A stretch of DNA of 64,000 nucleotides. Source: an uncultured Bacteroidia bacterium. GTDB taxonomy: Bacteria > Bacteroidota > Bacteroidia > Bacteroidales > UBA932. Below the pieces are notes generated by a model. The model worked only from the letters and a program-made list of their open reading frames with translations. It ran no database searches and was not told the origin of the DNA. Position numbers and translations under genes: made by a program. The stretch is from NCBI GenBank assembly GCA_902768365.1, contig CACXKV010000002.1:53978-117977 (forward strand), in the 5' to 3' direction. Positions 40,201 to 48,246 of this stretch are shown here, piece by piece (within the stretch, counting starts at the first letter, position 1; the number at the start of each line of letters is the position of its first letter).

Positions 40201-40287
40201 GTGCTGGAGCAGGGTGGAGAGAAGGAGCTTGGAAAGCAGATAGAGAAGAGATTCTCGGATTTGGTTGAATCCGCAACCGCCAAGTAA
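37243..40287 (+). CDS. DUF2723 (TMEM260-like GT-C glycosyltransferase) membrane protein
   Basis: SFWDCGEFI, VGHPPG, AVEGEVYA, RERDYA, GDNDTFPLWY. Confidence 0.9.
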   Translation: MTEKKFKLWNRIAAAFAFVVSAFTYLSTIEPTASFWDCGEFIASSYKLEVGHPPGNPTFQVLARIFTLFGDNMHAAVLVNAMSALCSALTILFLYLTIVWFAKRMTKRLSVAVIGSGLVGALAYCFSDTFWFSAVEGEVYAMSSLVTALVFWIMTLWYDRADEPHANRWIVLIAFIMGLSIGIHLLNLLMIPALVFMFYYRRREDGPFTVKELFKILLIGGAILGIMVFMVIPWLPKIAAYVDLFFVNVLGLPYNSGAAFFLVAVLGLCFWGLFRTLDKGKVFWNTALLCLTTIIVGFSIFSVDIIRSCAKTPTNEYQPDNAFTLVRYLTREQYGSTPLVYGQYYDAPFQVKENKYWTPLDGKYKKVDGPGEAKYDASGKMLFPRMWSGVDPQSKDIYKIYTRGKGKKIKGASSPKPSMGANLAYFFDFQLGWMYWRYFMWNFAGRQNDVHSPSPGNIFHGNWESGIKVLDDWRLGDQSNAPSVLADNKGKNHYYLLPFLLGLIGLFFQFGKDKRGCWLNFLMFFMTGIAVVIYLNMPPFQVRERDYAFAGSFYFFTVWIGLGVLGLYDLVDETLNRKFSTSLGAFLTAVCLCVPALMAAENWDDHDRSGRRTAPELGANYLKSVGPQGVLVTHGDNDTFPLWYAQEVENVRTDVRIANTSLLGTDWHIDQMKWACNESKPLPLTVGPEQYLYGTNEYIPIYDQRGRVMSIADVMTLFKHPQVKVQMSSGRRYDYIASRKISVPVNKENALASGIVPPAMAGRIADTIVLEIPANKDYLTKPELFVLDFLSNYQWDRPFNVLSNGGDINIGIKDYLMSDGFSAKLVPFKNRPSSSSFGLVDPDELWHYMTEVYSFDALKAPGWFVDYQNCYTFLAVMGIRSLHVNCASSFLGCGQPERALAMLDQSEAAMVNFPVCSIPLGFSGNDYMVVKTVDLYYKLGHGEKGRELAVKYADEVLAAAAFYLQFYAFAEDEFELCGNYIYYLSDVLEQGGEKELGKQIEKRFSDLVESATAK

Positions 40288-41132
40288 TGAGACTGATACG
40301 GAATTTGGCTCTGCTGCTGGCCGGGATGCTTGTCCTGGCCGGCTGCAAGGGTAGCGCACCCCTGATTGGCATTTCCTGCGGATGGGACGGTGGGCGCATC
40401 GACGTGAGTGATGCCTATGCCTTATCCGTTCGTGCCGCCGGCGGGATTCCGGTAGTGCTGCCTCCGGTGCTTTCTATGGAGGAGGCCGCTTCTGTTCTGG
40501 GCAAAGTGGATGCACTGATTCTCACCGGGGGTGAGGATGTGGATCCGGCCCGCTATGGCGAGGCGGTGCTGAATGCCACGGTCGAGGTGAACGGCGCGCG
40601 GGACACTTCAGATTTCTATCTGGCAACCGAGGCACTGCGCATGGGATTGCCGATTCTCGGCATCTGCCGCGGCGGGCAGCTGATGAACGTGGTGCTGGGA
40701 GGGTCGCTTTATCAGGATTTGCCGACTTGCATCGGCAGCGAGGCAGATGGCGGCAGTAGTGCCGTTCACGGAAGTTTTTTGAGTGAGCCCGTGCGTGGCG
40801 GTAGCGGAGTGAACGGCACCACTGCCGCCATCGCCCACCGGCAAAGCGAGCCGGACGGAGTGGGAACACATATGATCTACATTGAAGCCGGCTCGCGGCT
40901 CCATGAAATCCTGGGCGCCGACTCGCTGATGGTCAACTCCTTCCATCACCAGGCGGTCAAAGACCCCGGGGCCGGCGTGCGTGTAGTCGCCCGCGCGGCC
41001 GACGGAGTGGTCGAAGCCTGGGAATACGACAGCATCCTCTGCGTCCAGTTCCACCCCGAACTCCTCTACGCCCGCGGCGGCAACTCCACCTTCCTTCCTA
41101 TCTTCGAAGACCTCGTTGCTCGCGCACGGTAG
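40287..41132 (+). CDS. gamma-glutamyl-GABA hydrolase / peptidase C26 family, lipoprotein signal
   Basis: LTGGEDVDP, GICRG.Q, VNSFHHQAV, VQFHPE; lipobox LAGC. Confidence 0.9.
   Translation: MRLIRNLALLLAGMLVLAGCKGSAPLIGISCGWDGGRIDVSDAYALSVRAAGGIPVVLPPVLSMEEAASVLGKVDALILTGGEDVDPARYGEAVLNATVEVNGARDTSDFYLATEALRMGLPILGICRGGQLMNVVLGGSLYQDLPTCIGSEADGGSSAVHGSFLSEPVRGGSGVNGTTAAIAHRQSEPDGVGTHMIYIEAGSRLHEILGADSLMVNSFHHQAVKDPGAGVRVVARAADGVVEAWEYDSILCVQFHPELLYARGGNSTFLPIFEDLVARAR
40746..40832. repeat. palindromic element family A (87 bp, in-frame in C26 gene)
   Basis: 24-bp arms GATGGCGGCAGTAGTGCCGTTCAC / GTGAACGGCACCACTGCCGCCATC around the family A loop. Confidence 0.9.
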
Positions 41133-41142
41133 TCCCTATTTA

Positions 41143-41335
41143 TCCACTGGCGGCGGCGCAATGCTCAAGGCCATCGAAGGCAAGGACCTCCCCGACATCT
41201 CCGCGGTTCGCGACTAAACGTTTTAATCGTTTAACCAGAAAACGGCAATACAGCGCAATAAATGGTAAAAAACCGCCAAAACAGGGCGGTTTTTTACCAA
41301 AATATGCCATTTCAAGGCGGTTAGTGGTAACGAAT
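41143..41335 (+). repeat. 193-bp inverted repeat arm (copy of pgk 3' end plus downstream hairpin)
   Basis: About 90% identical (about 20 mismatches by eye) to the reverse complement of 43534-43726; translates [24 protein letters not shown]. Confidence 0.95.
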
Positions 41336-41338
41336 CGT

Positions 41339-42202
41339 TCAAGCCAGCACCGATTCCAATAATCCAATCTTAACATCCAAGACCCTGGCCAACTGTTTGA
41401 TCCCGGCACCGCGTGAACTCTTGAGTTTCTGCGCCAAAGCAATCCTCCTCGCCAGATCCATATTTGCAATCGTCACATCTTCCTCCTTCCTGGCCATCCG
41501 CCTCGCAACCACCCTCAGCTCATCGTCCGACAGGGCTTCGAAATTCGCCCGTGCACAGCTCTTATTCAAATCCAGAATCCGGTCCTTCTTCATATACATA
41601 AACGCAATATATGCTTTGATGCCTCCGAATATTTTCATAGCATCCTGCCACGCAACATAATGCTTTGCCAAAATCGCCCCGTCTTCGGAATACGTCCATA
41701 GCCCGGGCACTTCATAATGCATTCCCAAAGTGGCAACTCTGGACCTGCGGGACAATTTTCCTACCACGCCTATTCCAAAAGACTCCGGTGCAAAAAAGAG
41801 CGACGCTGAACTCCATTTGTAGAACCTGGGATCAAACTTAAATCCGGCTTCTATAGGATTACGATGTACATAGGCAATCACACTCATTACATCTTCCTTG
41901 CTCTCCAGCAAATCTGCAGATACGGCCACCTTTCGAATCTCATATGGCCTTTCGCGTACCCTATTGATTCGATGGAGTATCAGTTTCATCAGCTGCATAC
42001 CAAATTGCCGGCATTCATCCTCTGTTCCGTATAAAACAAGATGGAAATGCGAATTCATAAAAACAAACGCGATAATGCTACAAGCCAGTAATTGACTGCA
42101 ATAGGCCAGCAGGTTGATGGCCATTACAAACTCTTTGTCCGAAATCAAAAGTTTCGGAGTGTCTTCTCCAAACGAATAGACATGATAATATCCCTTATTC
42201 AT
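41339..42202 (-). CDS. HUH/Y1 transposase-like nuclease (RAYT-like) 2
   Basis: GYYHVY, AFVFMNSHFH (HUH), AYVHRNP, YKWSS, C-terminal HTH-like GIKQLARVL; AT-rich. Confidence 0.88.
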   Translation of the reverse strand: MNKGYYHVYSFGEDTPKLLISDKEFVMAINLLAYCSQLLACSIIAFVFMNSHFHLVLYGTEDECRQFGMQLMKLILHRINRVRERPYEIRKVAVSADLLESKEDVMSVIAYVHRNPIEAGFKFDPRFYKWSSASLFFAPESFGIGVVGKLSRRSRVATLGMHYEVPGLWTYSEDGAILAKHYVAWQDAMKIFGGIKAYIAFMYMKKDRILDLNKSCARANFEALSDDELRVVARRMARKEEDVTIANMDLARRIALAQKLKSSRGAGIKQLARVLDVKIGLLESVLA

Positions 42203-42414
42203 ATACTTAATGGCTATTGACCAGGCGGCTAATATGGGACTAAACATCGGAGCCAGCAAATAATCACGTCAAACATTTGCTTTAATATATGTTTCTGCTG
42301 ATGATTGCGTGTTTTAACACCACCATAAGAAAAATCTTATGCTTTGCCTAAACTTAAATCATATATGTTTCCATAGTGTGTTTTTTCTTATCTTTGTTGA
42401 CAAATGGCTGGATT

Positions 42415-43530
42415 ATGGTAGAATTTCCGGATAATAATTGGAAAGATTACGAGCTGCTGGATAGCGGCTGCGGCGAGAAACTTGAGAGGTTCGGCTCTGT
42501 CGTGACCGTCCGTCCTGAGCCTAAAGCGCTGTGGGACAGGAGTATGCCGGAAACGGAATGGCGGCGTCTCGCGCATTTTTCCTTCAAGCTGGCCAGCACC
42601 CAGAATGCCGGCCGCGATGCCGGAAAGGGCGGGAAGAATGCCGGTTCCGGAGCCATCGAGGACCGCGGCACCTGGGAGCGCCACAAGAAGGCGGATGACC
42701 AGTGGTATATACGCTACGCCAGCGCAACGGCCGGAACCAGCGCCGCGGTCGGGGCAGGCGCTGCCACCGGCCAACCCGACGGCCCGCAGTTCCGCCTGCG
42801 CCTGGGCCTCACCGCCTTCAAGCACGTAGGAGTCTTCCCCGAGCAAGCCCCGAACTGGGAGTTTATCTACCGGCAGGTGAAGAGGATAACAAAAGACACT
42901 CGGCCAAAGGTCCTTAATCTATTTGCATACACCGGGGGTGCATCGCTTGCAGCCAAGGCGGCCGGCGCAGACGTCACCCATCTCGACAGTATCAAGCAGG
43001 TGGTTACCTGGGCACGCGGGAATATGGAAGCCAGCGGCCTGGACGGCATACGCTGGATTGTGGAGGATGCGATGAAGTTTGTGCAGCGCGAGGAACGCCG
43101 CGGCAACCTCTATGACGGCATAATCCTGGATCCGCCAGCCTATGGGCACGGCCCGAATGGGGAGAAATGGAAGCTGGACGATAGCCTATTTGGCCTGCTC
43201 AGGAGCGTTTCACACATTCTTAAGCCGCAGAATTCCTTTATGGTGCTGAACCTCTATTCGAACGGCTATTCCGCCGCCTTGGGAGAAACTCTGGTGCGCG
43301 AAGCCTTCGGTTTGGGGACTAACGGACGGGCAATGCCCGTACTGTCGGCCCCTTGCGGGACAGCTTCCGGGGCCCCCGAAAAACTGCCGTTTTTGGGGGT
43401 GGACAGACGGGCCTCCCTGCCCGTCGCGGACGGACTTGGCGCGGACGGCCTGACGAGCGGCGAACTGGCCTTGAACGACCGTTTCGGCAAAGTCTTGCCT
43501 TTAAGTATTTACGTCCGGCTGGAACGATGA
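42415..43530 (+). CDS. class I SAM-dependent methyltransferase (RlmI/YwbD-like)
   Basis: DYELLDSG..EKLERFG, FKHVGVFPEQA, LNLFAYTGG, IILDPPAY. Confidence 0.9.
   Translation: MVEFPDNNWKDYELLDSGCGEKLERFGSVVTVRPEPKALWDRSMPETEWRRLAHFSFKLASTQNAGRDAGKGGKNAGSGAIEDRGTWERHKKADDQWYIRYASATAGTSAAVGAGAATGQPDGPQFRLRLGLTAFKHVGVFPEQAPNWEFIYRQVKRITKDTRPKVLNLFAYTGGASLAAKAAGADVTHLDSIKQVVTWARGNMEASGLDGIRWIVEDAMKFVQREERRGNLYDGIILDPPAYGHGPNGEKWKLDDSLFGLLRSVSHILKPQNSFMVLNLYSNGYSAALGETLVREAFGLGTNGRAMPVLSAPCGTASGAPEKLPFLGVDRRASLPVADGLGADGLTSGELALNDRFGKVLPLSIYVRLER
43323..43430. repeat. palindromic element family B with nested hairpin (in-frame in methyltransferase)
   Basis: CGGACGGGCAATGCCCGTACTG..CCCCTTGCGGGAC[~42 bp]AGACGGGCC..TGCCCGTCGCGGA. 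Confidence 0.88.
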
Positions 43531-43533
43531 TTT

Positions 43534-43726
43534 ATTCGTTACCACTAACCGGCTTGAAACGGCATATTATGGGAAAAAACCACCCAAATAGGGCGGTTTT
43601 TTACCATTTCTTGCGCTGTATTGCCGTTTTCTGGTTAAACGATTAAAACGTTTAGTCGCGGATAGCTGCGATGCCGGGGAGGTCTTTGCCTTCGATGGCC
43701 TCGAGCATTGCGCCGCCGCCGGTGGA
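43534..43726 (-). repeat. 193-bp inverted repeat arm (native pgk 3' end plus hairpin)
   Basis: Partner of 41143-41335. Confidence 0.95.
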
Positions 43727-44902
43727 AACGTAGCTGACCTTATCGGCATAACCCATCTTGGTAACGGCTGCAACGGAGTCGCCGCCGCCCACGAGGGTGT
43801 AAGCGCCATTAGCGGTGGCCTCTGCAAGATATTCTGCTATCTGCAGGGTTCCCTTTGCGAAGGTATCCATCTCGAACACACCCACGGGGCCGTTCCAGAG
43901 GATGGTCTTGGAACCAAGGATGATATCTTTCCAGACCTTGAGCGAAGCGGCGCCGGCATCCATACCTTCCCATCCTTCAGGGATCTCCATGGAAGGAACG
44001 GTCTTGTGTGCGGCATCGTTGCTGAATTCCTGGGCAACCACGGTCTCCACAGAAAAGGAGAGGTTCACGCCGAGTTCCTTGGCGCGGGCCATGATGTCGA
44101 GAGCCTGAGGGATGAGGTCGTCCTCATGCAGGGAGTTGCCTATGGATCCACCCATCGCCTTGATGAAGGTGTATCCCATTCCGCCGCCGATGATGAGGTT
44201 ATCTACCTTGGGGAGAAGGTTCTCCAGAACTGCGAGCTTGGAGGAAACCTTGCTGCCGCCGATGATGGCTGTGAAGGGGCGCTTGGCGTTCTTGAGCACG
44301 TTGTCGATGGCCTTGATCTCGCCTTCCATCAGGTAACCGAACATCTTGTCGTTGGGGAAGTACTCGGCGATCAGGGCGGTGGAGGCATGTGCGCGGTGTG
44401 CGGTGCCGAATGCATCGTTGATGTAGCAGTCTGCGTAGGATGCGAGCTTCTTGGTGAACTCCTTCTGGGAAGCCTTCACGGCCTTCTTGGCCTCGGCTTT
44501 CTCCTCGTCGGTGGCATCCTCTGCGAGCCCGCGGGGTTTGCCTTCTTCCTCGGCGTAGAAGCGGAGGTTTTCGAGAAGCAGGGCCTCGCCCGGTTTGAGG
44601 GCAGCAGCCTGCGCGTCGGCGGTCTGGCAGTCATCTGCAAACTGCACGGGAACTCCGAGGCATTCGCTCACATGGGCGACGATGTGCTTGAGGGAGAACT
44701 TTGGGTCAACCTTCTTGGGGCGTCCGAGGTGGCTCATGATAATCAGCGAGCCGCCGCCGGCGAGCACCTTTTTAAGAGTAGGGATTGCGCGACGGATGCG
44801 GGTGTCGTCGGTAATCTCGAAGTTTTCGTTAAGGGGAACATTGAAATCAACGCGGACAATAGCTTTTTTGCCGGTGAAATCATAAGAATCAATGTGTTGC
44901 AT
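43652..44902 (-). CDS. pgk: phosphoglycerate kinase
   Basis: [48 protein letters not shown]. Confidence 0.98.
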   Translation of the reverse strand: MQHIDSYDFTGKKAIVRVDFNVPLNENFEITDDTRIRRAIPTLKKVLAGGGSLIIMSHLGRPKKVDPKFSLKHIVAHVSECLGVPVQFADDCQTADAQAAALKPGEALLLENLRFYAEEEGKPRGLAEDATDEEKAEAKKAVKASQKEFTKKLASYADCYINDAFGTAHRAHASTALIAEYFPNDKMFGYLMEGEIKAIDNVLKNAKRPFTAIIGGSKVSSKLAVLENLLPKVDNLIIGGGMGYTFIKAMGGSIGNSLHEDDLIPQALDIMARAKELGVNLSFSVETVVAQEFSNDAAHKTVPSMEIPEGWEGMDAGAASLKVWKDIILGSKTILWNGPVGVFEMDTFAKGTLQIAEYLAEATANGAYTLVGGGDSVAAVTKMGYADKVSYVSTGGGAMLEAIEGKDLPGIAAIRD

Positions 44903-44976
44903 AATATTTTGTTGTGTCGAATTTTCCGGACGCAAAGTTAGCAAAAATATGGCAAATCCTTATTAACTTTGCGAGT

Positions 44977-45528
44977 ATGAGAACGCATATTATCGCATTA
45001 ATTGCATTAGTCTGCACGCTTGCCTCCTGCGGCAAGAAACAGGAAGATCCGGTGAAAGCGGCTATTTCCAATAAGATTTCAGAACAGATAGGGGAAACAA
45101 GCAACATTTATTTCAGCTCTTTGGCCCTGGTGGATTCCACCACTTTCGGCGAAGAGATCGCCCGCCGACGCACCACTCTGGAAATCAGGCGTAAGCAGAA
45201 CCTGAAACTGGCCGGCCAGTACGAGGCGGCCGGGAAGGTAAAGAACGAAGCCGCCAAGAGGTCCGATGCCGCCAACGACCTCAAGCGCCTCGAAGGCCTT
45301 TCCGCCATCGAATCCCGCCTCGCCGCCAACGACTCCCTCGACGTGGTGGAAGCCTATATCTACAAGTTCTCTGGCAGCGCCCGCACCTACAAAGGCACCG
45401 TCAACTTCACCGACATGTTCGTAGCCATCACTCCCCAACACGAGGTGGTGGGGATGGATTATAAAAAGGAAGGCGCCCTGAAATCTGCAGGCCGCCTTAT
45501 CCCCGGTTACTCAACCCTCTTCGAATAG
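44977..45528 (+). CDS. hypothetical lipoprotein
   Basis: MRTHIIALIALVCTLASC lipobox; TAACTTTG promoter-like element just upstream. Confidence 0.75.
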   Translation: MRTHIIALIALVCTLASCGKKQEDPVKAAISNKISEQIGETSNIYFSSLALVDSTTFGEEIARRRTTLEIRRKQNLKLAGQYEAAGKVKNEAAKRSDAANDLKRLEGLSAIESRLAANDSLDVVEAYIYKFSGSARTYKGTVNFTDMFVAITPQHEVVGMDYKKEGALKSAGRLIPGYSTLFE

Positions 45529-46902
45529 GGCTGGAGCGGCGGAGGCACCCACTACCCGAACCGGCCGGCCGGCTGTGCGCACCAGCTTGGAAAGGTCATC
45601 CGCCTCAACATTCTCCAAGCGGACCACCGTAGTATCGTAAACCATCCCCTCCGTATCCAGCGCATGCAGCATGCGGATCTCGCTGCTGCCGATGCGCGAG
45701 TCGCGCAGGATGATACTGTCCACCGGCGTGCGGCTCTGGATGAGCGCGGGAATCTCGTTCAGCACCTGCACCCTCTCGAACACGATGTTGCTCTGCACGG
45801 GTATCTCCGCGTAAGGGTAGAAGCTGCGCGAGTACTGGTCGTGGTCGAAGTGCAGGCAGAGGGCCACCTTGCGCTTCTCCTCCAGCCGGATGTCCCGGAA
45901 GACCACGTTGCGCACGCCGCAGCTGTGGCAGATGTTCCGGTCCTGGCTCATGGTCCAGGTGATGCCGTCGGGGTACGTCACGGTGCCTTCGGTGTGCTCC
46001 GGGCGGCAGGTCGAGACGTAATTCACCTTCACCTTGGGGCCGTTGGAACGGTAGATGCGCCCACCGCACACAACCGCATCTCCCGAAGACTGGATGTCCA
46101 TCCCGGATTCCCAGTCACGCCAGCCGCCTGCCAGGATGCGGGCGAAAAAGCCGGTAGTGCCGTTGGCGGGGTCATCCAGGTCGACGCAGTCCTCGATGAG
46201 GCCGTTCTCTATCCAGCCGAGTTCCGGGTTGGAGGTGGTGTAGTCGTGGGCATTGAGGGCGATGGGATCGTCGTAGGTCTTGAAAACGCCATGCCTCACC
46301 ACAAAATCGCGCCCGGGCCCGAAGTGAACGGCGTCCTTAAGTCCCTCTATATGAACATTTTCCACCACTACGTTCTCGAAGGTGCAGATCTGGATGGCGA
46401 AGTCGTTCGGGGGCAGATCCAGGAAGGTGTAGCCATCCAGCACAAGGTTCCGCACATAGAAGAACCCCGTGTGGCAGCACATGCCCACGATCGTGGGGAT
46501 GTCTACCGGCCTGCCCTTGCCTGCATCAATGCCGTTGGCCTTCAGCTGAAGGCCGCGTATGCAGATGTTTTCGTCATACTCCCGGGTGAGGGCGCCGCGG
46601 TTCAGGAGGATGAATCGAGCCGCCACCCCCTCGGAATCCTCGGCACGGCTCAGAACGGCGCCCGGGACGAATTCGAGGTCGGTATCCGAATCCAGGTAGA
46701 TGGTGCGGCAGAGTTTGTACTCGCCCGGTTTACGCACCTTGATGCGCCCGCCGCCGTCCAGGCAGCGCTGGAAGGCCTCTGAGTTGGTTATTGCGTCATT
46801 CTCGGGAAGGAAGCCGAAGCTATCGGCGTACTTGGTGCGGGTGCAGGATGACAGGATGGCCATCAAAGTCGCTACAGCAATTATTATATAGAATCGTTTC
46901 AT
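45511..46902 (-). CDS. parallel beta-helix (pectin-lyase-like) lipoprotein
   Basis: Lipobox LSSC, NSEAFQRCLD, KDAVHFGPG..TYDDPIALN. Confidence 0.7.
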   Translation of the reverse strand: MKRFYIIIAVATLMAILSSCTRTKYADSFGFLPENDAITNSEAFQRCLDGGGRIKVRKPGEYKLCRTIYLDSDTDLEFVPGAVLSRAEDSEGVAARFILLNRGALTREYDENICIRGLQLKANGIDAGKGRPVDIPTIVGMCCHTGFFYVRNLVLDGYTFLDLPPNDFAIQICTFENVVVENVHIEGLKDAVHFGPGRDFVVRHGVFKTYDDPIALNAHDYTTSNPELGWIENGLIEDCVDLDDPANGTTGFFARILAGGWRDWESGMDIQSSGDAVVCGGRIYRSNGPKVKVNYVSTCRPEHTEGTVTYPDGITWTMSQDRNICHSCGVRNVVFRDIRLEEKRKVALCLHFDHDQYSRSFYPYAEIPVQSNIVFERVQVLNEIPALIQSRTPVDSIILRDSRIGSSEIRMLHALDTEGMVYDTTVVRLENVEADDLSKLVRTAGRPVRVVGASAAPALFEEG

Positions 46903-46906
46903 ATTA

Positions 46907-48058
46907 TCAGACTTCGCATTCCATTTCTATGAGCCAGCCGGGGCGGCAGACGCGGGCTTCGAGGATGATGCGGGGCGTGTCGGGGAAGCGGGATTGCATG
47001 TAGGCGTCCACCCGGGCATAATCGGAAATATCCCGCAGGTACACCACCCAGTACGGCACCCCGGCCGGGACGGTTTGCCATCCGCGAAAAGCAAAGGGCC
47101 CGTCCGTGTCCCGCAAGGGGAGCCCGGTACGGGCATTGCTTTTCCGCGTAATGCCTACGCACCCGTCCTGGCCGGATTCGGCGAGCAGGGCGGCGATGTT
47201 TTCCAACAGGCGGTCCGCCTGGGCGATCACATCTCCCTCGTGGAGGATGTGCCCGAGATGGTCGATGCTGGCTGTGCCGCTGATGTAGATGTGATCGGCA
47301 GAAGGACCCGCTACCTTGACCCCACGCTCAAACGCAACGCCATAATCGTGCGTCGGACTCAAATGCGAGAGGGCCTTGAGATAGGTCTTGTCTTCTTCGC
47401 GGATGCCTGGCTGAGTAAGGAAATCTATCGCCACCACGGCAGACCTGCATTCGTTGGCCCCGCCGATGCCTGTGCTGGCAATGTAGTGAGTATCAAAGCT
47501 TAAGCCCTCTTCGGCAAACACATCGTTACGCGCCTTCACCAGGCCGGCGTAGTTGGAATCGATGTCACGCACGTATATCCAGGTGCGGACGCAGTGGGTC
47601 TTGAGTTCAAGGCCCAGGGGCCTGATGATACCCAGATACTTATCGAACAGGAGCCGGCTCTGCTCATAGCTGGTCTTGCCGGCGGCTTCCTCTTCGGTCA
47701 GGCGCAGGCTGTGGAACAAATATTGGTCTGCTTCGGAAGATGTGCGCACGAGTGCAGCGATGCGGTTGCCATCCAGCGGCGGCTGTTCGACTATAGAAAC
47801 GCTGTCCCCTCCGCGACGGGCAAAGGGCCCGTCTGTGACCCACAAGGGGCCGCCAGTACGGGCATTGCCCGTCCGTAAGGCCTCCCGCAGTGCGACGGCC
47901 TGGTTCTGCGCATCGCTGAGGAAGAATCGCACATACACCGGACTGCGCCCGGCCACCTTTTCCGCGGCCAGGAACTCCCCCATCTGCCTGACAACACTCT
48001 CCGACGCCCCGGCAAAATCACCCGCCGCCTCCGGCTTAATAATCTTGTAATTATCCAT
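46907..48058 (-). CDS. Rid/YjgF-fold, chorismatase (FkbO/Hyg5)-like protein
   Basis: RTWIYV, ASTGIG, VAFERG, ISGTASID, VCRPGWLIEME. Confidence 0.75.
   Translation of the reverse strand: MDNYKIIKPEAAGDFAGASESVVRQMGEFLAAEKVAGRSPVYVRFFLSDAQNQAVALREALRTGNARTGGPLWVTDGPFARRGGDSVSIVEQPPLDGNRIAALVRTSSEADQYLFHSLRLTEEEAAGKTSYEQSRLLFDKYLGIIRPLGLELKTHCVRTWIYVRDIDSNYAGLVKARNDVFAEEGLSFDTHYIASTGIGGANECRSAVVAIDFLTQPGIREEDKTYLKALSHLSPTHDYGVAFERGVKVAGPSADHIYISGTASIDHLGHILHEGDVIAQADRLLENIAALLAESGQDGCVGITRKSNARTGLPLRDTDGPFAFRGWQTVPAGVPYWVVYLRDISDYARVDAYMQSRFPDTPRIILEARVCRPGWLIEMECEV
47081..47146. repeat. palindromic element family B (66 bp, in-frame)
   Basis: GAAAAGCAAAGGGCCCGT..ACGGGCATTGCTTTTC. Confidence 0.9.
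47810..47875. repeat. palindromic element family B (66 bp, in-frame)
   Basis: GACGGGCAAAGGGCCCGT..ACGGGCATTGCCCGTC. Confidence 0.9.
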
Positions 48059-48113
48059 TTCTACAAAGATACACAAATCCCCAAACTCTGTCAATCCTCA
48101 ATAATTATGAAAT

Positions 48114-48225
48114 GCCGTGGGTGGCTATATGCTTAGCTATCAATGATTTACCAAAAACAGGTCGGTTAAATTTGCCGACCTGTTTTCGATAAAGTATTAT
48201 AAATCAATATGTTAACTACAACGGC
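48114..48225. repeat. cruciform element / terminator
   Basis: GCCGT..ACGGC outer stem, AAAACAGGTCGG..CCGACCTGTTTT inner stem, two ..ATCA-N5-TTA boxes. Confidence 0.75.
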
Positions 48226-48246
48226 GCCCCGAGCGCACCCTTATGC

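Noticed and set aside
41140-41469. 109-aa and 86-aa (43567-43827) ORFs over the inverted repeats
   Set aside because: They are incidental frames across the repeat and the ends of RAYT-2 and pgk.
41339-43530. Nuclease plus methyltransferase as a restriction-modification pair
   Set aside because: The methyltransferase has an RlmI/YwbD-type housekeeping signature and host-like GC content; the neighbour is an HUH protein, not a restriction endonuclease.
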